Assembly: GCF_036971445.1 (NCBI RefSeq)
Contig: NC_091478.1
Location: 28,954,001-29,018,000 of the forward strand
Origin: Narcine bancroftii
Lineage: Eukaryota
Direction of reading: 5' to 3'
Length of the DNA stretch: 64,000 bases
The position numbers were made by a program, and so were the translations under genes. Position 1 is the stretch's first letter, and every line of letters begins with the position of its first letter. The notes below the pieces were generated by a model that searched no databases, was not told the origin of the DNA, and saw nothing but the letters and a program-made list of their open reading frames with translations. This document shows, piece after piece, positions 12,549 through 23,672 of the stretch.

Positions 12549-12657
12549 CTGTAATGCGAGCAATGCCTGGCTTCCGCCGACCTGCTTCCCCAGCAGAGTG
12601 AGCACCCAGTCCATGCCCCACCAGGTAGATGTCAGGCAAGGTATAGTTGTAGTTACT
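12549..12657 (-). CDS. Pancreatic lipase-family gene, coding exon 5 ([37 protein letters not shown]); nucleophile Ser replaced by Gly
   Basis: gtccag acceptor and gtaatt donor; 109 nt; GHxLGAH..GEAGRR..RITG motif with a GGA codon at 12612-12610. Confidence 0.93.
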
Positions 12658-14091
12658 CTGGACCACACAGAGAAGAGAAGGGAGGTGAGCAGGCAAAGTC
12701 AGACACAGCTTCCGAATCTCTTCACAGACTTGTTGCTTCAGGTGGTAGAGTAATACAGCAAATCTCTGTTTCTGTCTGGGAGTGTCACAGAGTCAGGGTG
12801 AAGGGTTGATAGGGAATGGACTGACTTCGTGGGATAATACGGTATGACGTAGGAGTAGAACACCACCATTTAACCCATCGATCTGCTGACCCACTCAAAT
12901 CATAGCTGATGCATTATTCCTCTCTACACATTCTCCTGCACCCTCCCCATAATTTTTCACATCTTCATTAATCAATAATCTTTTAACCTCCGCTTTAAAT
13001 GTTTACAAAATTATGACGGGGATAGACAGAGTAAATATAGATAGGCTTTTTCCACTGAGTTTGGGTGAGATACATACCAGAGGACATGGGTTAAGAGTGA
13101 AAGGGAAAAAGTTTAGGGGGAACATTAGGGGAATTTCTGCACACAGAGAGTGGTGGGAGTATGGAATGAGCTGCCAGCTGAAGTGGTGAATGTGGAGTCA
13201 ATTTTAACATTTAAGAAGAATTTGGACAGGTACATGGATGGGAAGGGTATGGAGGGCTAGGTACTGAGTCCCGGTCAGTGGGACAAGGCAGAATAGTTTG
13301 GCACAGACTAGAAGGGTTGAAGGGCCTGTTTTCTGTGCTGTAATGTTCTGTGGTTCTATAGTTCTACCCAGTGACATCCTCCACAGACGTCAGTGACAAC
13401 TTCCCCAATGTGGCTCAGATAAAGAGCACTGTTTATCCTGTTCACCCCTGGCTGCAATGTCAGTGAGACACTGAGAGACACAGGGGACCACAAGTGGTGG
13501 CAATCTGGAGCAGGGTCTCAACCCACAACATCATCCATCCCTTTGCCTCCACTGTTACTGCCTGATCCCTGAATTCCTCGTGCAAATTGTTAATTGTTCC
13601 AGGGAGGTCACTCCTGTTCTGTTACAGGCCAACTTGTTTTACAGGCAAATTGCTTGTGTTGTTTCTACAACCTACACCCAATTCCACAAGCAGATGCTAC
13701 CTGAAGTGTTACAGTCCACATTCTGTCCATGTTCGATTGCAATCAACACCCTGTTTTATGAGAAAAATATTCCTGTTGGGTTAAGGTTCATATTCTGCTT
13801 TACAAACAGACTGTGCTTGTTGTGCTACAGCCCACACCTGTTCCATGTGGAGATTTTTCCTGTGATGTTACAATCCATGTCTGTTCCACTGACCTGCACC
13901 CAGTTCAGAGACCTCCATATCCCTCCCATCCTTGTACCTGTCCAAATTTTTCTTAAATGTTAAAATTGAGCCCACATTCACCACTTCATCTGGCAGCTCG
14001 TTCCATACTCCTGTTCCTGTTCTGTTACAGTCTACACCCTGCTTTCTGGGGCATTTATTATAAAAGATGATCGGTATTTACTGTCACTTAC

Positions 14092-14226
14092 CTGCAGAGC
14101 GTCAAGGAAGTATACGATCTCAGCTCCCACGACACGGAGGTTCTGAGAAGCCTGGCTGAACGGGCACTGTGAGCCCCCTCTCCACTCCACACAGATACAG
14201 TTGACATCGTCTGCTTGTAGAATTGT
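14092..14226 (-). CDS. Pancreatic lipase-family gene, coding exon 4 (TILQADDVNCICVEWRGGSQCPFSQASQNLRVVGAEIVYFLDALQ)
   Basis: 135 nt; VNCICVxW.GGS and QASQNxRVVGAE motifs; gtaagt donor; the acceptor is an unusual tttgag. Confidence 0.9.
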
Positions 14227-14279
14227 CTCAAAGAAAAATATACAGAGCCTGAATTCAGTTGGAACCTGACCAGTCAGCA

Positions 14280-14810
14280 GAAGTAAAGCATGAAAGCCTG
14301 CAGACATCATGGTTGAAGTAAAACCTTTGCTCTGACTGCGCCAGGGACAGGGACCTCCCAGTGGCCAACCATTTCAGTTTTGCATCACATTCCCACACTT
14401 GCATGTGTGACCATGGCCTCATGTATATCCCACCAAGACCACCCGCAAATTGGAGGAACAACTCCTGATTTTCCCTCTGGGCACTCTCCAGCCAGATGGC
14501 ATTAACATCGACTTTTCTGGTTTCTGCTAACCTGCTCTCCTCTTCCCCCTCCATTCCCTTCCCCATCCACTCTCCTCTTCCTTCCATCTCCCTTCACCCA
14601 GCCATCCATCCTCCCCTTGATCGCTGCCGTGTCCTCCCTCCCTTCTCCACCTATTACCTCCTGCCTTTGCCACCCTTACCCTTTTATTCAGATGCCTGCC
14701 AACATTTTTCCATACTTTGATGAAGGGCTCAAGCCTGAAATGTCGTTTATGTATTTTTATCTTTGCTGTATAGAGACTGCTTGACCTTCTGAGTTTCTCC
14801 AGCATTGTGT
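14280..14810 (+). mobile_element. Penelope-like element fragment with terminal repeat
   Basis: Degenerate C-terminal GIY-YIG region (LPVANHF..., KLEEQ.LIF.LG.LQP.G.NIDF) followed by the ttgatgaagggctcaagcctgaaa terminal module. Confidence 0.65.
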
Positions 14811-15582
14811 GCCATAGAGTTCAACTGATCTAACGGGACCAAATGGGCTATTTGGCCCTCCTTTCCAATACTGACAATCTCATTCCAAACCCTTCCCCAT
14901 AAATCCTCATTCCAACTTCTCTGTGGAGTGCCAATGTTGGTGGACAAACTCACAGAGGTTTATCTGATGACATGCCATGCCCCTGATACCAGGATTTTTC
15001 ATGTTTTCAAAATAACTTCGTATTTAAAAGAAAACAATCCAATTCCTTATTGGTAATACTCTAGCCCTGGTGACTGTCCTCTCCCCGTCCTTCCTATGCT
15101 GTACACAACATTCCAAATGTACCCTAACCAAGTCCCCAGCAGTGGAAGACAAATGTACCGTACGCCTTCTTTCCCCCCATCCACTTGTTTCCACTTTCAG
15201 CATCTGTGGATGCACCCCAAGATTTCTCTGAATATCAGTGCTCCAAAGGGCCCTTTCACTCACTTTTGTCTTGCATTTGACCTGCCAAAATGCAACACCT
15301 CAACCTTATCCAGATTAAACTTCACCTGCTATTCTCTGCCCAAATTTCCCATTGATCTCTATTCTGATGTGTCCTTTGACAACCTTCCTCACTGGCAACA
15401 ATTCTGCCATTTTCATGTCATCTGCAAAGTGCAAACTTACTCATCAGCCCATCTACATTTTCAACAAAATAATTCACATTAATCACAAGCAACTGTGGAA
15501 AACAAACAAAAAAGCATTTTCTGCATTCACAGAGCCATTTCTCTCGCTTGCCGGTGTGCCCTCCCTCCCTTATACACCTGTT

Positions 15583-15681
15583 ACCTCCTGCCTGTGGGAC
15601 CATGCTCCTCCTCTTTACCTCCTGCCTGTGGGACCATGCTCCTCCTCTTTACCTCCTGCCTGTGGGACCATGCTCCTCCTC
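15583..15681. repeat. 34-bp tandem repeat, about 3 copies
   Basis: Unit acctcctgcctgtgggaccatgctcctcctcttt. Confidence 0.9.
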
Positions 15682-16516
15682 TGCCCCCCACCATTTTGTT
15701 CAGGTCCCTGTCGACATTTTTTTCATACCTTGATGACGGGCTCGAGCCGGAAACGTTGGTTATGTATCTTTATCTTTGCCACACAAAGTTCACTGTTTGA
15801 CTTCAACCATTACCCTCTGAATTCTATGACCAAGCCAATTTTGGATCCTCTTATCCACTCACTATAGATCTCGTGTCTGAATCTTCTGGATTAGCCGACC
15901 AGGAGGGACCACTCAGACAACTTCTACTGCCCTATCCTCATCAATCATCTCCATCACCTGCTCAAAAACCTCAATCAAATTTGTAAGACATGACGTCCCC
16001 TGCTAATTGTCCTTAATGTCTGTGCTTTTCTACCAAATGGGAGGTAGGGGAAGGAGAAAGGTCCCACAGGGAGGAGGTAATAGGTGGATAAGGGAGGGAG
16101 GGCACAGCAGCATATGGGGGGAGAAGAGTGTGAATGCAGAAAATTATTTTTTGATGTTTGTGTTCATTAATCCTGCCTCTAAAAATCATCAATTATTTCC
16201 CCATGACTGGTGCAATGGTGGGATGGCCCAGAAACCCTTCCTTTCACTTTGCAGCCCTTCATCCTTCCCATCACCCATACCCCCCTCCGCAGGATCGCCG
16301 CATCCTGCTCCAGACACACCACAGGGCAGTTGGAGCACCAAATATCCGTCATATCACATCTCATGTTCTCACCATCCACTGTTCAACAATTCACACCTTG
16401 CACAGATGCATAGTTAACACCTTGCACCAAACTGCAGTTCACACCCTGCACCGATCCATAGATCACATTTCTCTTTAATCTACAGCTCACCCCTTGCACA
16501 GATACACAGTTCAAAC

Positions 16517-16642
16517 CTTGCACAGATCAATGGTCCATGTGGAATCTCCGTGTTCCAGGTACCCATGAATCACCAGGACAGATCTGCGATCAGTGTTGAA
16601 GTTGGAGGCAGCAACAGTCTGTGGGCTGATCCCACTGATTTC
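16517..16642 (-). CDS. Pancreatic lipase-family gene, coding exon 3 (EISGISPQTVAASNFNTDRRSVLVIHGYLEHGDSTWTIDLCK)
   Basis: ttctgcag acceptor and gtttga donor; 126 nt; SNF...IHG(F/Y)...W....CK pattern. Confidence 0.92.
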
Positions 16643-17325
16643 CTGCAGAAATAGCCCAAATCAATCGTCTGCTGTTGCCGACCTGGAGTGTGCAGGCGAG
16701 CTATGGGAAGGAGAAGCCACTGCCCGGATAACTGCAGGTGAGGCGCAACTCCTGCTGAACGCTGAGCTTTGGGTAACAGAACCCCCAAGTCTGGGTGAGA
16801 AAAGCCCAGGTTCAAACCTCAGCTGACACAGTGGGTGGTTTAGCGGCAGAACTCTAACAGAAAGAGGGTTTGTGATGATACTGGCTCTATGGGAAGCTCA
16901 GCATTTCCTCTCATCTCCCGTGTTCAGGCACTCCTAGATTACAGGGGAATCTCTGAGAGATAGTGTCTCTGACAGGCACTGAGGGATCTGCCGGGTGCTG
17001 GTGTGCTGCCTTCAATACCACATTTATTTATTCATTTGCAGGATTCAGGCCAGCATTTATTGCCCATCCTGAACTGCCCTTGATCTCCTTGAACCACTGC
17101 AGTCCTAGTGAAGGGGCTCCCATGGTGCTGGTGGGTGGGAGATCCAGGGTATGGCCTGGTGGTGGTGCAGGTTCTTGCGAAGGGGCTCCCATGGTGCTGG
17201 TGGGTGCACAGTGCAGGTTTTAGACCTAGTGACGGTGCAGAATCATGAGTGTTTATTATGCCTGTTGTAGCTCTAAACACAGCTGAGTTTCCTGGGGAGA
17301 CTGGCCTGGGAGAAGGTTGTGTTAC

Positions 17326-17486
17326 CTGGAAATTGTTGGGGTTCAGCCTGGTGTACAGGAAGAAATGGGTGTCAATCTTTTCAGGGCTCCATGGAGCTCT
17401 GTTGACAGGTCTCTCCTTTATCCCATTCCATGGGTATCCAAGCGGGAAGCAGCCCAGTCTGTCAAAGCAGATCGATTCTCCTTCAC
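17326..17486 (-). CDS. Pancreatic lipase-family gene, coding exon 2 (GEGESICFDRLGCFPLGYPWNGIKERPVNRAPWSPEKIDTHFFLYTRLNPNNFQ)
   Basis: CFDRLGCF, PW.G..ERP, PWSP and FFLYT..NPNNFQ motifs; tag acceptor and gtaaca donor; 161 nt. Confidence 0.92.
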
Positions 17487-17489
17487 CTA

Positions 17490-17734
17490 TCAGATTCAGA
17501 TTTACTGTCAGAGTACATACATGACATCACATACAACCCTGAGATTCTTTTTCCTGTGGGTGAGGCAGAATTACAATTTGTTGGCAGTATGTAAAAAAAA
17601 ACTGTATACAATGTATAGATGTAAACAAACTGACTGTGCAATACAGAGAAAAAAAATCTATAAAGTGCCAAAGTAAGAGTCCTTAAATAAGTCCCTGATT
17701 GAGTTTGTTGTTGAGGAGTCTGATGGTGGAGGGG
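17490..17734 (-). mobile_element. Short Rex-Babar 3'-end fragment inserted at the lipase splice acceptor
   Basis: Matches the 3' ends at 5858-6084 and 20130-20390; tcagattcagattt tail abuts the acceptor. Confidence 0.8.
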
Positions 17735-18871
17735 TAAGATCCAATGGGGAAAAGGGGGTGTGTTATGCAAAATCACACTGCAAATGGTGCTCTTGGAATG
17801 CATCTCTTTTGTCATGTGGGGGCACACAGGATTTGAGAAGGTGTCAATGGCGAGCAGGGCCAGTGGCAGGTTAACCATTAGACCCCTAGGGGCCTGGAAG
17901 GTCAGGGAGCCCATCACAACCACTGGTACACCAATGTATCCACTTGCCAGTATGGATACATTGACACAGGCAGGTCCACCTATCAATTAAAGCTTGCAGA
18001 AGTACCGCATTCACCTGTCAATCAGCAGTGGGGTCTCAGTCCCATGTATCAATTTGGGCTCTGCCAGTCCCAATGCTACCTGTCAACCAATGCTTGCATT
18101 TGTACATCCGCGCAAGTCTGACGTCTACTTCCTGCAGCAGAGCTCGGCTCATGCAGCGTCACTCACAGGAGATTTACTTTTTTTTAAAAAGATTCTCCCT
18201 TCTCCTGTGTTATTTTGTATTGAGACTGACATTTTAGAACTGATTTAATTTACCCTTTTGTAACTAACAGACTTTTCAAATTATTCAACGTTAAGCAGTC
18301 GACTTCTGTAAGGTGTTGTTTAATTTCATGAAGTTTTTCCTCCCCTCCAATCAAACACCAACTGGTGTATTCCCAGAACATACCCGGCAGATAAATTTAG
18401 AATATGTGAGGGCAACATGCCCAAATGCTAATAAATGGAACAATTTCACTTTATTCTATTCAATGAAGGGTGGGGGCCATGGGGGAGGAGGGACAAGGTC
18501 AGGGGGAGGGCCTTACTAAAGCTCAGCCTAATGCCAGGGTGGTAGTTAATCCACCACTGAGCAGGGCTCTCAAAGGATCTCAGGCGCTGACAGCTCCCTC
18601 ATCACATTGGGGATTGGGAACCAGGAGCTGAGGAGGGAGGCTTGGACACCTGGAGCTCAGGGTCACCGCTGGTCCAGACAGTAGGCCACATGGCTACAGA
18701 GATCACGGGGGCGCAGGAGGCAGTAGCATTGGAGGGGGTAGCGGGATCCACAGAAACTCGGTGTCTCTGAGGTGGCTCTCTTCTGCTTCTCTTTCTCATC
18801 TTGACAGAGCAAAAAAGAATCTCAGGGTTGTGTGTGATGTCATGTATGTTCAGATTTATTGCCAGAGTACA

Positions 18872-19408
18872 TTAGAACATAAGGAATAGAAGCAGGAGTT
18901 GGCCATCGAACCATCAATGTGATCTGGCTGATTTGGCAATAGGCTCATCTCCATCTTCCTGCCTTTTCTCCTTATCCCTTAATTCCCTCATTATGTAAAA
19001 ATCTATCCAATTTTGCCTTAAATATATTTACTGAGGTTGCCTCCACTGCTTCAATGGACAGTGAATTCCACAGATTCACCACTCTCTGAGAAAAGCAGTT
19101 CCTTCTCACCACTGTCCTAAATCTACTACTTTGAATATTGAACTGTCCCCTACTTCTGGTCTCCCCATCAATGGAAACAACTTACCTACCTTTATCTTAT
19201 CTAGACCTTTCATAATTTTAAACATTTCTATAACACATTCATTCTTCTAAACTCCAGCTAGTACAGTCCCAGACGACTCATAGGCTAACCCCTTCATCCC
19301 TGGAATCAACCTGGCGAACCTCCGCTGCACCGCCTCCGAAGCCAGTACATCCTTCCTCTCGTTAGGAGACCAGAACTGCACACAGTACTCCAGATGTGGC
19401 CTCACCAT
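18872..19408 (-). mobile_element. CR1-type LINE 3' fragment nested in a Rex-Babar 3' end
   Basis: Typical tail (agaacataag...) and gaattccacagattcaccactctctg core; the host resumes at about 19409. Confidence 0.7.
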
Positions 19409-19642
19409 TACATACATAACATCACATACAACCCTGAGATTCTTTTTCCTGCAAGCGAGGCAGAATTTCTACTTAACAGTAGTGCAAAAAAAATGTACTC
19501 AAGAAAAAATACGTATACAAAAAAGATAAATGCAAACGAGAAGGCAGTGCAAACAAACTTTTTAATACAGAATCTTGAGTCTGTATCTTCATTTTAAACA
19601 CAAAAGGAAGGAATATTTAAGAAAAATTTCCTGGTCCCTTAC

Positions 19643-19691
19643 CATTGATTCTGGTAAGAATCAAAGTGACAAGAATCCACAGACTCAGCAT
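19643..19691 (-). CDS. Pancreatic lipase-family gene, coding exon 1: signal peptide MLSLWILVTLILTRIN(G)
   Basis: ctctttcag|ATG acceptor and gtaagg donor; 49 nt, phase 1, joins the next exon in frame; hydrophobic signal peptide. Confidence 0.85.
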
Positions 19692-20129
19692 CTGAAAGAG
19701 AAATTGAGGCATTTCAATCATTCAGTTTAAGTTGCTTCTGATGGCTGCATTTGAGACCAGGCACTGTGCTCTCCAGTATTTAGAAGCATAAGAGGAGACT
19801 TATTGGGGAGAGGTTGGTGAAACTTGGGTTGTTTTCTTTGGAGCATCAGGAGCTGAGGGTTAAGGAGACCTGATGGAGGTTTATAAAATTATGAGAGGCG
19901 TTGATAGGGTGGAGAGTCAGAACCTTATCCCCATGATAAAAGCATCACACATTAGAGAAAATGTTTAAGGTGAGGTGAGGGAGATGTTGAGAGGCAAATG
20001 TTACACACGGAGAGCAGTGCGTGACTGGAACAGGCTGCCGGGAGTGGTGGAGGAAGCAGATATGATTAAGAGGCTTCTAGATACACATAGATATGAAGGG
20101 GATATCTGCAGGCCAGCAGTTTTGCTTCA

Positions 20130-20955
20130 TATTTCAGATTTATTATCAAAGTACACACATGACATCACATACAACTCTGAGATTCCCTTTTCCTGCGGGC
20201 GCAGCAGAATTACCACTTATTGGTAGTACAAAAAAGAAACTCTACATAGCGTAAAATATGTAAACAAATAAAGAAGTGTAAACAAACTGACAGAGAGAAC
20301 AAAAAGAAAATCAATAAAGTGCACAAGTAAGAGTCCTTAAATGAGTCCCTGATTGAGTTTGTTGTTGAGGAGTCTGATGGTGGAGGGGCAGCAGCTGTTC
20401 CTGAACCTGGTGGTGTGAGACTTGTGACACCTAGACCTCTTTTCTGATGGCAGCAGTGAGAACAGACCGTGTGCTAGATGGTGAGGGTCTTTGATGATTG
20501 TTGGTGCTCTTTGAAGGCAGCGTTCCCTGTAGATGTGCTCAACAATGGGGAGGGTTTTGCCTGTGATGTCCTGGGCTGTGTCCACTACCTTTTGGAGGGC
20601 TTTATGCTCAGGGGTAATGGTGTTACCCCTGATGTGGGTGTGTTGATGTGCTTTCTTCAGATTTAGTGTGTTGGGTCCAGGAAAGATCCTCCGAGATAGA
20701 GACTCCCAAGAACTTAAATTTGCTCACCCAGTCCACCTCTGATCCCCCAATGGTCACTGGATTGTATACCTTTGGCTTTCCTTTCCTGAAATCAATAATC
20801 AGCTCCTTAGTTTTGGTGACATTGAGTGCAAGGTTGTTGTTGGTGCACGATTCAGCTACGTTTTCAATCTCCATCCTGTATATAGACTAATCCCCTTCTT
20901 TTAAACAACCCACTGCCATGGAATTATTGGCAAATTTGTAGATGGTGTTATTGTC
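20130..20955 (-). mobile_element. Rex-Babar-type LINE fragment
   Basis: ORFs NNLALNVTKTKELIIDFRK...FKFLGV.IS.DLSW and IIKDPHHLAHGLFSLLPS. Confidence 0.8.
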
Positions 20956-23505
20956 TGCGGTGTTATACTTTAACTTGGGCATCATGATCAGCACAGACAC
21001 ATAGGCTGAGGGGCCTTGCTGTGGTGTAGAGTACTGTCTTCTATCAAACTTAGTTGAAACTTACAAACATCTTGAGAGTAAGTCAAGTTTAATTTAGACA
21101 TACAGCAAGGTAACAGGCCCTATCGGCCCACAACCCCATACTGCCCAATCACACCCAATTGACATATATTTTGAAGGGTGGGAGGAAACAACAGCACCCA
21201 GAGAAAACCCATGCAGACACAAGGAGAACATACAAACTCCTTAAAGAGAGCATGGGATTGGAACCCTGGACCAGATTGCTGATCCTTGCGTTAACTGCTA
21301 TGCTAACCATGTCACCCTTAAGACAAGTCAAGTTTATTGACATCTGATTGTACAATTACATCCCAATGAAACAGTGTTCTCCGGTTCTCAGTACAAAACA
21401 TGCAGTCACACAACCAGTCATTACACACATACAGAAAAACAATACATATGCAGGACAAATCTTCAGATATACAAATAAATAAATAAATATTGATTAATGA
21501 ATATGAGAGTCTCGGATGGTTAGTTTGGAAAACACGATGCTGTAGAAACACGATGCTGTAGAAACTCAGCAGGTCAAACAGTCTACTTTATATAGCAAAG
21601 ATAAAGATACATCACCAATATTTCAGGCTTGAACTGTTCATCAAGATATGAAAAAAATGTTGACAGGCATCTGAACCAGGCATCTGCTGACATTTGCAAT
21701 ACCTTGATGAGGTATTTGTTTGACCTGTTGAGTTTCTCCAGCATTGAGTTTTTATTTCAACCATGGTGTCTGCAGACTTTCATGTTTTACTTCAAACTTC
21801 TTGAGAGGCTTGTCAATCTGGATGGGGATGGAAGTGGGGGGGGGGGTTCTCCCCTGACTGAGATCCAGAACAGCAGGGTACAATTGAAGAATACTAGAGA
21901 CACAAGATACCACAGATGCTGAAATCTAGAATGAAAAATAATCTGCTGAAGGAAATGAAAGTGTCAAGCAGCACCTGTGGGGGTGGGGGTGAGGTTGAAT
22001 TGTCGATGTATCAGGTTGAAACCCTTCATCAGGTTTGAGAGCAGGTCGGATGTTCAGGACTGAGCTGAAGAGAAATGTCTTCACTCAGAATGTGGTGAAT
22101 CTTTGGCATTCTCTACCCTGGGAATACTGTCATGGCTCAGACACTGAATACATTCTTGTGGGAAAATGGATGGATTTTTTTACATTAACAGAATGAAAAG
22201 ATCTATGGCCAGAGAGAGAAATGGCAGCAAGACAGATCAGCTCAGAGCCAGAGAGTTCCCTCGCTCCTCTTGACTCTTCTAACGTTCTCCCTGCTGTATC
22301 TGTGGATGGGATGGTTTTACGTATATCAACTATTGTACCTGCTCCTATGCCCTTTCAGAGAAACCATGCCAGATCATAGCTCTCTGCATTAAATACTTCT
22401 CTCCCCATGGCCTCAGATGAGCCTGACCAGAGGGAGGATGTGGCAGCTGTGGGGAGGGTGACCAGATGTGACCTGAATTGCTGCTGAATTACATTTGTCA
22501 AGAGCGTCTGACCAGAATGAGGTTCTTTTCTTTGGAATGAAGGAGGCTGAAGGCCCCGGGGTCTTTTGTCAGGATGTGAAAATAAACAGGAAGAGATGAA
22601 GCATGTAGGATGGGCCCTTTGTGCCCATTACAGCCAGAAACAGATTTAAAATCCCTCCCACTTCTTTGCAGACCTTAGTTCCTCTGGGTTCGTCCATGTA
22701 CTATTTAATAATGAGCAGGGTTTCTACCCCCACACCCCCTTCAAGCAGCAACTCCACCACCCTCTGAGTGAAATAGTTCCCTCTAAACCCTCCCAGATCT
22801 CTCATCTCCCAGCCCCAGTCACTGATTCCCTGCCCTGGGAACAGATCTATCCTCTTCACCCTGTCAGGAGCTTGTAGTACCTTCTACTCTTGTGTGGTGC
22901 TCCAAAGACCCTGGCGGAATAGTCTCTCCTTACATCTAATCCCCCAGCACAGCCACATCCATGTGGATCCTCAATGTATCACTTTGTGGGCAATATTTCA
23001 CTTGTGGCTGATCTGGCATTTTCAGCATGATACCCCCTGCCCTCATATTCTGTACCTCATCCAGAGGAAGCAACGATCCTTCTGCCTCCTCACCAACCTC
23101 ATCCACTGGTCCATGTCCTTCCGGGGCCTGTGGATGTGCTCCCTGAGATCCTGCAGTTCTGTCACTGTCCAGCAGTTGCCAGTGGTGCTGAGCCGACAGG
23201 GAACTTGGGTCCTCAACAAGTGCCAGTGAGACTGTCACAGCGGTGAAGCTAGCAGCAAAGGAATGAAAGAGTGGAGACAGAAACTCACCATTTGCAATTT
23301 TCAGTTGGGCATGGGGTCTGCTGACTGATCTCTCTATATACTCCCCCACAATGCCCAGACTTTCAAGTGTGCGAAAGGCACAGCTGTACCATGAGAATGC
23401 CAAGCATAAAACCCAAATGCTGCACTCTATCCCTTCTGATAAGGTCAGAAGATCAGAGGATACTGGGAAAAACACAAGTCTTCCTGAATTAAAACTCCAA
23501 TGATG

Positions 23506-23672
23506 NNNNNNNNNNNNNNNNNNNNNNNNNNNNNNNNNNNNNNNNNNNNNNNNNNNNNNNNNNNNNNNNNNNNNNNNNNNNNNNNNNNNNNNNNNNNNNN
23601 NNNNNNNNNNNNNNNNNNNNNNNNNNNNNNNNNNNNNNNNNNNNNNNNNNNNNNNNNNNNNNNNNNNNNNNN
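23506..23672. other. Assembly gap
   Basis: Run of N. Confidence 1.
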
